Positions 1 to 12,399 of a stretch of DNA of 64,000 nt are shown piece by piece. Under the pieces are notes generated by a model that saw nothing but the letters and a program-made list of their open reading frames with translations, did not search any database and was not told where the DNA came from. Each line of letters begins with the position of its first letter. Within the stretch, counting starts at the first letter, position 1. Both the position numbers and the translations under genes were made by a program. The DNA lies in assembly GCA_000708835.1 (NCBI GenBank), contig DF237369.1, positions 18,349 to 82,348 of the forward strand, in the 5' to 3' direction. The DNA comes from Klebsormidium nitens (lineage: Eukaryota > Plantae > Klebsormidiophyceae).

Positions 1-1250
1 GGTCTCTGCAAGGTGTGCTTTCGAGTTGCTTCACTCTTGAATCAGTGGAAGCCGCGCGCGCGGAACATGAATACTATACAGATTTCTTAGCGCCTGGCTT
101 TTGGACAAGACCCTGCTTGCTGAAAAGTGGACTCCGTAGCCCAACTTCTATTGGCACATCCAACTGAGTCTCAGTGGATGATCTCACAAGCAATGTATCC
201 ACAGGTTTCGGCAAGACTCTCAAAAGGTGGTATTGTCAAAAGAGGATTCCTTGTCAGACCCGGAGCTCAGGAACTGTTCAGGCACGAGTGGCGGAGCTAA
301 AATCGAAACATTTGGGCGCTCATTTCAGGGTGTCCACTCAAAATGATTCCGCTCCGATGTAACACTCGAAAAGCACGTGTCAAGAGGGGAATGGGCTCTC
401 TCAACTTGAAAGGAGTCAGGTTTCACAACCACACGAACAAATTGCGCAATGATAGGTTCGTCCTATGGATATCTGTTCGTAAAGGTTCGCTCAAAGTGCG
501 CTCAGTTGACAAATGCGTCCGCTTTGAAAATCAGAGTCCAACCAACGTCAAGGCTGCAAAATTTCCCGGGCCGAAGCGAAATGCAATAGACGCTCGTTGT
601 ATATTGGCACTTCGCAAAATGAGAAGCCTCGACTGTACGAAATTCAACCGGGCTCTTGCTAGGAAGCCGGCAGATGAGCGACTTGAACAGACGCACAAAG
701 TATCGTCTGACGCCGCCACTTTTATTGAGCAAGGATAGCTTCAGAGACTGTGGCTACTGACGCCTGAGGTTTTGCCTCACTGCCGCGCCAGCATCATAGT
801 TACCCGCGTATCACAATCAAAGCTCAGCCCACAGAAGAGGACGCAGCGGAAATGATGAAAGCACGCAGGGAATCGGGGTCGAAGGCTTCGAGTACAGCTT
901 CTACCATCAGCAAGTTGCACGGTTACTGCCGTGCAGTCTCGTCAGGGGAGGAGGTGTTTGATTCTTGATAGAGAACCGTACTACCGGCTTTAGACGCTTG
1001 CAAGCAGAAGAACGAGCAAGCATCCAGTTACTACACAATCTCACCATCCTGTAATCGTGCTTCGCGTGAACCACGTCAAAATCAGACCTTTCCTAGAGAG
1101 AAGCACAGTCGTTTGGAAAAGTGACAAGTTCGTTGAGAAGAGTGGGCTGCTCACGCCGGTGCCGGCATGAGGTGCATACATTAGGGACCGCAGCCCGACA
1201 TAAACAGACGTAATTATTTCAGCAACCAAAAACAGGGCATGTCAATACAA
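1..1250 (-). pseudogene. F-box/LRR pseudogene copy A (runs off window start)
   Basis: F-box-like N-terminus at ~1060-1240 (VAEIITSVYVG...TCHFSKRLCFSLGKV). LRR-like LILRSANIQRASI at ~600. Collinear with 7200-8330. Confidence 0.55.
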
Positions 1251-3299
1251 GCAGGACCGCCAAGCTCTAGCAATCTGGTACTATATGTTTGCTTTGAACA
1301 CTATGTGGAGGCCCTCTAAGAAAGCAGATACTTCGATGTCCACAGGACTTCTGCCTTTTCCAGAAGTTTACCAACAAATCCTAGAATTTTGGGCTTGTGA
1401 AAGCAACGGGAATCCGCCGTTGCCACGAGAAAGCAGCCGCCGTGACTCTTGACAGATCATTAAGGATGGAACTTAGTCGACCCACAATACTAGTGTCCTG
1501 CGTTCGTAGAAACGGGGTAGAAACCCAAGCCGAAAAGGCTTCAGAATGTTATTCTACAGTGCCGAAGTTGTCGGCCCGATGGCCTCAGAATCGAAGTAAA
1601 ACGAGGCCCAAGTGCGGAACTGCACGTCCGACACAAAATGCTCGACCTCAAGCACGCACCCCTAGAAAAAACAGCTTGATTTTGAGCCTACACTTTAGCA
1701 CGGGGTTGGGTACTCCTAATCACGTTTCAAGAAATCGTACATCGTCCAGGCAGGCAATTAGCTTTACTAGTGGGATTCGCGGGAACCTTATCCGCTATGA
1801 GTGAACCACTATTCTCAAAGCAGAAAGGCAGAAGTCATCGAACACTGAACATCGAACACTGAGCGGACTGCAGAGCATTATATTTTGGTGAATAAAGGCG
1901 TTTCATATCCGGGTTGTAGATTGTTCTCACTTTCAATTTAGATTCTGCAGAGGGTCACGGAGCTCCTGCACTGCTTCAGAAAAGCGCATCCGGCAAAGGG
2001 CTTCGTACCTCGATCTGCTTCGGTCGGGTAAAACACAGATGGTAGCGGGAGAAGGACGGCGACCGATTCTACAGCCACTTGCTGGTAGGCAACAGCTGAG
2101 CTTCGGAGCAGCAATGCACAAAGATTTTAAGAGAGTTTCTAAGGTAAGGCGGTCATAATCTGGAGAGTTTGTCACAGTCGTACGTGTAGCAACACCTTAT
2201 TCCTGGAGTAAGCTCATGTCTTTATAATGAACCATTTGCACATCGGAACCACAAGGGATCCCGCAGCAAGCAAGTGAAGAGTTTCTCGCATCCATGCAAG
2301 TGACCGGACTGAAATTCAAAGTTCGTCCTGGTTCAATCCGAGAAAGTCCGAGAAAGTGCCACTCAGGTCCTGAAGACTGTGAGCATGCTAAGCGGGCGAG
2401 GAGCTGCTGGAGATCGGCGGACGGAGCAGGTTTGTCGTTGTGCTTGTAAGTATGACTTGGGCACCGCTTGAGTTCCCGGGAGCGGCTTGATTTGCAAGCT
2501 TGAAATCTTCACAAGCGATCCGAGATTGGAGACACCGTATCTCATGAGCTTCTCCTTCTTCTTCATAAGGCTTCAGTTGTCGCGCACGTTGCTGAAGGGG
2601 AACCTCCGCTCAGCACACACTCTCCATCACAGCCGATCTCGTCTTTCCATACTACGCGGCATCAATGATCCTATTGATGATTGGCGCGGTCACACATAGA
2701 ACGTGAACCCTGGTTACCAAGTAGCCCGAAAGCAACTCTAGCTGAGATTGGTAGTCGGCTTTTGCCAGAACCATGGCCAATATAGCGATCTTCCAAACCC
2801 GCAAATTCTGGTGCGTTAGCTACGTCCTCCAGAATTATTGGTTGACGCTGACAATTGACTAAACAAAAATAGAGGAACGCTCTGCGTATTCATGCCGTTC
2901 GTGCCGCAACTTAACGAATTCCAAGACCTAAGGGTGGTCGCGGGCCGTTGCAAACGATCCGCACAGCCGTGAGTTGGCGGACACGTCCACTTCGATGCTT
3001 ACTTTAAAAACGCAACACAGGAACGCAAAGGGAATAAATGTCTCCGTTGAAACAAGGTACTACATCTGACGACGCATCTTTGAGCAGAGTAGTCTCATGG
3101 ATCACCTAGAGGTTTCTCCGACAGCGTCAACCAGCCTAGGGCATAAATGCTGGCAGAGACCCCATAAAACCTATCCTTGAGCAGGGATGCCGATTGCACC
3201 AATATATACAGTAACGTAACCAACTTCTTTCAGCTTCCGAGGATTTGAGACGTACGTGCGGGCATTGGGATGTTGACCTCCGGCAAGCGCCCTTCGTCA

Positions 3300-5950
3300 G
3301 AGCCGACCGGATTCGAAAACAAAACCGACCCTACAATCTGCGTAAGCGACTAGCATCTCACTTTTAGGAGAGCGTCGGTGAAAAATGAGGGTGTTAAGGA
3401 ATAGAAGCACGACGAACTTGGGAGGACCCATCAGGGATCTCAGCATGTTCCGCCCTTTGATTTCTAAAATATCAGCCTATCATACGGGGTTAGCTGGCAC
3501 GCTCGCACAGACAGAACTCGGAGGACTTGGGCTGCTTCTAGGTGCACCGTTTTCTGACAACAAGCTCTTTGCAAACCACGAGCGCACCAAGCATAACGTA
3601 CCAGAAACGCCCCGACGTCGGGGCAACTTTTGATCGCCAGATTCAGGCCTGCTGTGGTGGTGGACTGACAGGAAAGAGGGTTAGGACGAGCGCCCTCTAG
3701 ACATGGCTTTTTGTTCGATGTCAAGTAAATCTATACGCAACGCGCCTCGAAAAGAGGAGGCCCATCCTTAACTATTTCGAAAGCTTTCCTGCGCGCGCGA
3801 TTACATCCTTTTGAGAAATTAGTGCGTTCTCTTGTTCAATTTGCAGGTCAATCGGGATTTACATCCGGAGCGCCGTAAAGGCTTTCCGGAAGAGGCGATC
3901 CTGAACACGTTTCCCTCTGATTAGTGAGTACCGGAGAATAAAAAGCACGTGGCGGAGACGCACACCAGATCCGTGTCAGTCGACTTTTAGAACCACGTGC
4001 AATCAAGGTCGAGCGAAAGAAGACTCGACATCAAAAGATGCAGGCCACAGCTACAGTCAGGAGTGCCAAACCTCGTGAGTGTGAGAGTCTGTAACAAAGG
4101 CATCGACTTCTCAGGATGGGACGGCTGCTAAGATGCTTTTTGAAGATGTAAGTTCTCAGATCGGCGAGAGTCAGAATTAGCAGGTTGCCTTTCCAGAAAG
4201 TAAAACGGCCCAAGTGCAAACGTAGACACGTGCCACGTGCGCAGAACATTTCACGCATGCGCAGGACCATGCTCTGCAGGTCCGTATCCATCAAGCGCGG
4301 GACGGGTGGAGTTGGTTGACCCAAAGCATCCGATGCGCACTAACATTGACCGAGACTTGCCCCAGCGATGCAAGCGCTCATAGAGAAGCGAGTGATGTCG
4401 CGAGAATGCCGCAATCTTATCAACCTGACAACCGTACATCGGACGTATACGTAAGTGCCATGCGAAAGTCCTGCTCCCCACCGTTGGGTCGGGCTTCACT
4501 TCAGTCTTCTATGAAGGGTCCGGCCCCTCAGCTCCACTATCAATCACAGCCAAGTGCCTCAAGTTACGCGACTGGCCAAAGGATAAGAAAGCCCAAGTTT
4601 CAAGTGCCCGCCAAGTCAATTAACTTCGATATCACACCCCACAAAAGGAAACACCTTCCAAGCAAACGCAACCTTTTTCTCAAATTCTGCTGGCTTGCCA
4701 AAAGCTTCTGACTGCTAAAACGGGACGTGGCTCAAGCAACAAATGTATGGCTCCAGTAAGAGACTGTAAGTACATTCAAAGGCCGTTCCAGTCATTGCCA
4801 CATCCAAGTCAAGCAGTTGGCTCAAGGTTTAGAGTGCGGCAGCTCTAACGATGTCCTCAAGACCTAAGCTTCGCCACTGATCGATGCGAAAGGAAACCCA
4901 CGGCTGCAGATTCACTGGTTTACTCAATGCGGAGAGCTCCGTTTTTTGATGCCCGATCGAAAGGGGCAGCGAAGGACAACGGCCTCCAACGAACAGTCTG
5001 GTTCGAAACGAGGCACTTTCCAACGTTGCTCTTTTGACTTGCTTCATCATACTGGAAGCAATTTGCGTAAGGAAGCACGGCATTATCGAAATCCCACGTG
5101 TAGATTAAAAGACACTGCTGCTTTCAGCTTCCAGAGAGTTGGGTCGATGGGATGTTATCCCACAAGCGCGCTTCGACAGAGCCATGCGTGTAGTTTTTCA
5201 ATAAAGGGGACCGCGCGCCGCCCAACTGGCGTGACCCGCAAGCAGGATAGCAGGACACTTTCGTGAAAGTATCGGTAAAAACGAAAATGTATTACACGCA
5301 CTGGAAGCACGATCAGAAGAATCTGCAAGGACCCATCAGGACTAATCTCAGTACGGATCGCCTTTCGAGCTCTACCAACTTCGGAGGGGCAAGCACATTG
5401 GCCGCACATGACTTCGCGTTCAAGGATCTGCTCCACCTAAAGTCCTTTTAAAACGTGCCCACAGCGGATCATCAACAAAGCACAAACGAGGAGCGGTCTT
5501 GACTGCAAGGGTCCAGCCTGCAAAGAATGTGGTCTGACCAGAAAGTCTGGTCAAGAAGAGCACCGCTCGGCAGAAAGTTTTCGTTCCGATCCGTTCCGTT
5601 GCGTTCTGCTGCGTGCACGGCTTGAGTCTGTCACAACACGCTTCGTGATGAGGAGCCCCATATATTGCCGAATGCGTCCTGCAAATCTGCAAGACGGCTC
5701 TGTACTGAGCAGAAAGACTCCGTGACTGAGGCACTGCTTTCCTTCGTACCGCTCAACACGAACTCGCGTACGGACGAAGCGCCGGAAAGGACTCTCCGGA
5801 ATACACAGACTTCCACGGTTCTACTTCAGGTTCAGGTTCAAAGCCAACGTTCAGCACATGGTGAGGATACACCACCAGGCGTCAACCTTCACAACCACGT
5901 AAAGCTAAGATGATCGAGCAAATATCTGCATGCAGTTAGTGAAATTAGGC
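3300..5950 (-). pseudogene. F-box/LRR pseudogene fragments (blocks B, C, B')
   Basis: Minus-strand LRVLSVRACQLT, LRSLMGPPK, APPKLVELE and RATLESASFRTRL...GRCPSL. 4400-5900 is collinear with 9450-11600. Confidence 0.55.
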
Positions 5951-6249
5951 CACCCCTTCACTTTTGAACGGTCTGCCAAGTCCAGATTTGCCAGGTCCCA
6001 GGAGCATGTCATCTGCTAGCTCTGCCGTTGCGGATAGCTAACAATGCTTTTGGACGGGAGGACTCAAGGCAGGGTGCGGCGGTGTGTGATGTGACAATCT
6101 CGTGAAAAAAACCTTACGGAAAAGCAGTGGGCAGGGCTTGAGGCAGGCTTCCTTTGCTTCAAGGAGAGAACGACGCTCGCAACTAGTACATTAAAGGCCC
6201 GAAATCTATCTCGCAATTGGCTGCACGTATTTCCTGCCGGCGTCGGGTG

Positions 6250-9100
6250 ACTTCGCAAGTAAACTAGCTATATCGGAGAGAAGTGTTCCTGCTGACAGAC
6301 GGTGACTGGTCAAAGTCAAGCTTCCAAACAAAAATCCAGAACACCGCTGGGCTCCCTTTCACTGTGCTTCTAGATCAGAGTGACATCAACGTGTGTTGTA
6401 TCAGCACGAATACTTTGAAAGTTGGAATCAATTAGCGCTAATAGTTAGGCATTTCGATGCCAGAGGCCGTTAAGATCTGTTGCGTTTGGACCATGAAAGC
6501 ATCTGATGAGGATTGTCGGGGATTCCGTTCGTCACAGCCACCCGCAATCTAAAATAGAATGCACACAAGAGAGACGATTCGGCGGATGTTCGCAGAAGAG
6601 TGTTCTGAACCTTTCTGGATCTTTGCCAGCCGAGGGCGAACTTGAAGCCGCCGGGATTGGCCAGAAGGGGCGGGGATTACGAGATATATTCGAGAAGACA
6701 TGCTCAAGCTCAACTTACTTCATGGTAAGTTGCTGGTAATACAAATAACAGCGCGCCTTAGCGAACGTACCTTGCCGTCCGCTAAAAGCCGTATTCGCTA
6801 AAGCAAGCGGCAGGTGCACAGATCCACAGTCAAGGAGATGCCATGAATCCACAGTCAAGGAGATGCCGTTTTTCTGTGTCAAGCAGATGCCGCTTTTCTG
6901 TGTGAATATTCTTAGGGGCCCAAAACACGTGAACTGATGTGCATGTTCCTTACTGTGAATTAGCAGATTAGAACGTTACACGGCCGTCCGGCAACACAAT
7001 TCGTAGATAATTGACGCTTTCTACGGGGCTCGCTGAAGGAGATTGCAAGCCCAGCGGTGCAATGGTTCACGTCTCGAGAGCTAGACTCTTGCTGACTCAA
7101 ATTGTACAATGGGTGCTTGGCGTGGCTTCCCTCTCGGAACGATTGAAGCTGCGCGTTCGAGCAATACAGCATTACCAATAGGGCCAAGGATCTTAAATAA
7201 GACCATGGTCACTGAGGGTTGATATTGACAGGAACGTCCCAGCATCGATCTGGCAAAGCCATATCAATTGTCATCAGACGATGTCGTAACTATAGTCTCC
7301 CCAGCCCAGGACTTGCGGCAAAGTTTGCCGCAAGTCCTCTAAAGTGGATATCGTACCGAAACTTGAAAAGGAATCTTTTAAGACCTGAAACTAAGGGAAT
7401 GTTCAGGCACGAAGGCGAAGCAAAACGTCGATCTCTGGGCGCTCTTGTCAGACTCTCTACTACACTTGCCGCTCCGACCTGTGGCTCGCAAACTTCGAAG
7501 AGGCATCTGTCAAGAGGAGGGTTTGTCCCTCTACTTGACAAGAGGAGTTGCATTCACAGCCAGAGGAACGAACTGGGCAAGATTAAGTTCGTCCTTTGAA
7601 CAAGTGTTCGTAAAGGTCCGAACAATCCGCCCTCACTTGATGAACGCGTTAAGCCTAAAATCAGAGTCCGACCAACGTTAAGGCTGCAAATTTACCGGAC
7701 CGAAGCGAACTCCGATAGACGCGCGTTGCATATAGGCACTTCGCAAGCCTTGACTATATATATGTACGGAAGGCAACTGGGCCTTTTCAGAAAGCCGGCA
7801 AATGAGCGAGTTGTACAGCCGTATACAGTACCGTCTGACCCCGCCACTTTTAGTGATCAAGAATAGCTTCAGAGCATGTGGACTACATTCAAAGCCTGAG
7901 GACTTGCCTCACTGCGGCGCCCAGCATCATCGCTACCCGCTTACCACAATCAAGGCTCAGTCCACAGAAGAAGATGCACTTGAACGATGGAAGCAAGCGG
8001 GCAATCGGGGTCGACCAGACATTGAGTACGGCTTCTAGCATCAGCAAGCAGTACGCTTACTGTCGTGCAGTCTCGTCCAAAAAAGGAGGCATTTGGATCT
8101 GGAGAAAGGACCGTATTACCGGCTTTACGCTTGCAAGCGGAATAACGAGCAAGCATCTTAGTGCACGGTCACACCATCTTGGAAACGTGCTTAGCCTGAA
8201 CCACGTCTGGATCAACCATTCCTAGAGTGAAGCACATTCGTTTGGCATAAGTTATAAGTTCGTTCAGAAGAGTGGGCTGCGCACAGTTTGATAATGCGCA
8301 TGCAATGGGCTGAACAGAATCCTGCGGGAATCGGCTTGATTTGTAGACAATTGGGGTCGATCAGAGCGAATGATTTCCGCCAGTGACTGGTCGAAAGTCA
8401 GGCTTTGGATAGAAGACCAAAAAGGTGATCATCTAGATTGGAGTGGCATCGACGTCCTATTCGTCAGCATGGATAAGTCGAAACGTTCAAAACAAGCGGC
8501 AGATTGTCATGCTCTTCGATAACGGAGGTCTTTGGCGATATCGGCGTCTAGAGTGCTGTTGCGCGGATGAGGGTTGTTCTCAGGGAATTGCGTTCGTCAC
8601 AGCCACCGGCAGTTGGGAAAGAGAGCGCACAAGAGAGACGGTTCCGTGGTTCGCAGGATAGTTCTTTGGATCTTTAGCGAAGCACTCCGGGAGTGGCCAG
8701 GAGGGACAAGGGTCGCTGCCCTAAGTTCTGCTCAAGCTCAACTCTTTTCTTGCTGTGACTTTGCTGGTCTTAAAGATAACAGCGTGCCCTTTCAGACCGT
8801 GGAAAACGGCTTTGCTAAAGCAAGTGGCAGGCGCGGATCCAGACAAGCAGATGCAATCTTTCTTTGTCAAAACGCTTGGGGGGGCCACAAGAGGCTATTC
8901 CCCGAATTGCACGTTCCTTCCCTGGGTAGCAGATTAGACCGTCACACGACAACAAGTTTCGTAACCAGTGGCGTTTTCGACGGGGAATCTCGGAATCTCG
9001 GAATCTCGGAACCCCGCTGAAGGAGATTCCAAAGCCCAGTGGGGCAGCCTGTGTTTCGCAGATTGGTGAGGCACCTGCTGTCTCTGTTAAAACAGACAGG
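6250..9100 (-). pseudogene. F-box/LRR pseudogene copies D, A', D'
   Basis: 6300-7070 matches 8380-9050 (shared gttcgtcacagccacc, cacaagagagacg, cgctgaaggagatt). 7200-8280 matches 1-1150. LRR-like assignment of D/D' is weaker (SANIRRIVSLVCIL). Confidence 0.5.
6822..6903. repeat. Nested short tandem duplications
   Basis: atccacagtcaaggagatgcc occurs twice (25-bp period), followed by tttctgtgt..agcagatgccgcttttctgtgt. Confidence 0.85.
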
Positions 9101-9449
9101 TTTGCGCTGCGCATGCATCCGCATGGGCACCCCCCACAGTCGTGCTACCAGATACTTATGTGTTGAATGTTTAAAAACAACTCACCCTTTGCAGCCACGT
9201 GCACCTATTTTGGACGAAAAACCTAACTCCAAGCGACAGCTTTTCGGATTCTCGGACTCTCCCTGTAGGCTTGTCTGAACCGGTTCAATTGAAACCATCC
9301 GGCCTATAGCCAGAAGACAGATTGCTTCACGTTTCTCAATAACGCACTTTGAGAGGCAGAGTGGAAAGCTTGATCCAGAAATCCGGAAGGCTCGTAGAAT
9401 AGCCAGTAGCGTCGCGCGCGTGCGCAACCCTGTGGACCTGATAAATGGT

Positions 9450-11650
9450 TATTGCACGAAGTGAGGGCCAACTTCTGCTCCTTATTTTGGTCTTCATGGA
9501 TCTACAGTACCTTGATGAGGAGGGCCGTCAGCTCCATCAAGAAGCACAGCCACGTGCCTTAGACTACGCGACTGCCCATCAGATCAGAAAGCCCCGCGTT
9601 TGGACTCGCCACCGGGGCGCTCAAGCACGTTATAAAGAGAATGATTTTCAGGCAAACGCAACTTTAGCTTCGTCGAGTTCTGCTTAGGTGCGTAGAAAAA
9701 AGAAGGCTTGCCAAAAGGATTTCTGCTGCAGAAACGGACGTGGCTCCAAGAGGACGTTAGGTTCGTTGATTGCTACTACAATCAAATCATCGAACCGTTC
9801 CACTCATTGCCACAACCAAGTCGAGCGACTGGTCAGACCAACACGAAAACCGTCTGCTACATCGGAAGGTATTAAAAAACAGGATCCGCTCGACTAGAAA
9901 TCGCTTCGATAGTTTGAAAACCCAGAAGACGTTTTGAAACGCCTAATCCATCTTGAGAACTTCACTTTGGTTTCAATTAATATTGGTATCCTTATAATCG
10001 ATTCGAGCATTTTATGTGTGCGTCTGTCAAGGGCTTTCAACTTGCAAAATCGGGTCACTCATTTAGGAGTTTCGTATTTCAAAGTGTTGTGCTTACCAGG
10101 GCGCCAGTTGGCACCAATTCTTCTCGCTTCTTTCACATCCCCGAAGAACATTTCCACGACAATTGAAGTCACAAAGCTCAACTTTCTTTGCTTATTGTTT
10201 CTGGACTTATGGAAGCGTCAAGATGGTCTTCTGCCCAAGGGGCAGACTCGACAAAACACTGAAAATCATAGCCAATCTCCATCGAGTACGCGCTCCGAGT
10301 CGGCATCACCCATCAATCATTCGGCGCCTGCACAAATCTAAGGGAACCCTGCACATAGCTCAAGCGTGGTTCGAAAAGCAATACGTCAGCGTCTCCAGAT
10401 TAGTACTTTCCAAAGCTGTGTACGCACTTGGGGCGCAGAGATTTGCGTGCATGACACCTTTCGTGAATCCGACCTGATAAAGAGATCGAACATGCTCAAC
10501 CATCATATCCAAATAAACCTTTGTGCGGCAGGTCGACGAGCTCTTGAAAATCTAGAGCTTGGTCATTTTTCAGTGTGCGGAATTGGCTCGGCTGCAGATC
10601 AACTGGTGTGCTGAATGGGGAGATCTCCGCATTCAAATTTGACGCTGATTCAAAGGGGCGGCAAATTAGGAGCACGGCCTGGAATAAGAACATGCTTTTG
10701 ACACGAGGCACTTTCCAAAGATGCTCTTCCAATCTAAATGATCCTGACACCGATTTCCTGAATGTTCCGTTTTCAAGCATTGTTGGAAGAAACGTCACGG
10801 ATTCCCACCTATGAAAGTATACTGCTTCTTTAGTTTCCGGAACCTTGGAACCGAAACCGGCAATGGGATCATTACTAACCCGCAAGCGCGCTTCGTCAGA
10901 GCCGATCGCGCGTAGAATGAGATAAGCAAAGACGACAATCCAACTTGCGTGAACGGCAAAAGAACACTGTTTTCAGCACTGAAGTCACAATACACTTGCA
11001 TGGACCCACCGGAAAGAGTCTCGATCAGTGTGTCCCAGTCATTTGACCTCTACGAGGCAACCTTGAAACTGGCCCGGAATGACTTTGAGGACATGCCGCC
11101 ATCAAATAACATAACAAACGTGTTGTAACCACTTGCACGTCACATCTTATCATCACATATCGCTCACGAAGAAGCTAAATGTCGTTTGAGAGGGTCCAGC
11201 GTGTGCCGGTGGGGGTGGGCTGACCAGTCCCTCCGGTCAAGAAGAAAAGCCCAGCAGTACTGGTTTTCCACTCCGTCTCAAGTGGCGTCAGCCAGACCGG
11301 ACGCGTCTCCAGAGGAGAGAGCCCTCGTACATTTCGAAGCTCGAAGCGAAGAGCTGCAGAATGCATAATTGCCGATAACACATTCAACGATGAGAACTAT
11401 CAAAGGCTGCTCTCTTCTCCTCGGCCAGCTCAACATGATCTCACATACGAAGCGCAGGAAAGACTTCTCGAAAGACACGGACCATCACGGGTTCTACTTC
11501 GAGTTCAGAAGGATACTTCCAGACTGTGATGAGGATACACCACAGAGGCGTCGACCAGCTTCACCACCCGATGTGGCAAGGGTGGACGTAAAATATGACC
11601 GCATAAGTATCCACGTCTCACTTCCGGACGCCGAGTACCCATGATTCGAT
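9450..11650 (-). pseudogene. F-box/LRR pseudogene copy C'/B'' with ~0.7 kb extra sequence
   Basis: Collinear with 4400-5900 (shared cgaggcactttccaa, ggttctacttc, tgaggatacaccac). Minus strand reads RASLESASCQKHVLIPGRAPNL. Confidence 0.5.
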
Positions 11651-12399
11651 CGAACATCATATCCCGGTGTGAGGTTGCGTGGCGGTGACCACAGGGTCTC
11701 CGAGTGTGACGCCCTAACTATTTCCCTGCCTGAAAGACAATGCTCTCGATCGGATTGGCTAGGAGAAGCGGGAATCGCTGCGAATACGACAAACTTGAGT
11801 ACGGCTCTTGGCAAATAATGAAACAATCAAATAAAGCAAAGTTGCTTTGCCTACAGTGGAAACGGCCATCGCAAGTAAACCGCCGGCGCCATCGCAGTCG
11901 CGTGGACACTGTGCCGCACGAATCGTTCCAATGTCAAGACTTGATTGTGAAGGACTGACGTAGGTTGAACGATATTGCCCACTATAACGGGTCGAAGTTA
12001 GGCATCAATTCGCATACGTCCCAGGACGTCACTCGACGCGGTCACTGTGGCTCCCGGCTGTCAACACCGTATCAGAGGGGCAGTTTGCATTTCAATTGCG
12101 TCAATCGCTGCAGCCTGAACGACGACTGTAACGCATGAGCAACTCAAGGGACATCGGTCGCGGAGGCTATTGTTTGGCGGCGTCATTCCACACACGATGC
12201 GTGAGGGGTGTCCTCAGGGTTGTGCTCTTCACGGCCGCCACAAACGAGCTAGGGAGGTTTACATACGAGAGGATTCTAGAGTTGGTATACAGCCGGCGGC
12301 TCTTTAGTCAAGCAATTAATTTTGCGTTGATATGTTACTGATGAGCAGCTGCGAGCTCCCTGGTCTCGATTATAACGAGACCCAAGCTGGGAGGCTGCA

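Noticed and set aside
10088-10125. Possible relic of transporter exon 5 donor (cttaccag) at the ~13.8 kb duplication offset
   Set aside because: Only an 8-mer that is a generic donor complement, and the flanks do not align convincingly.
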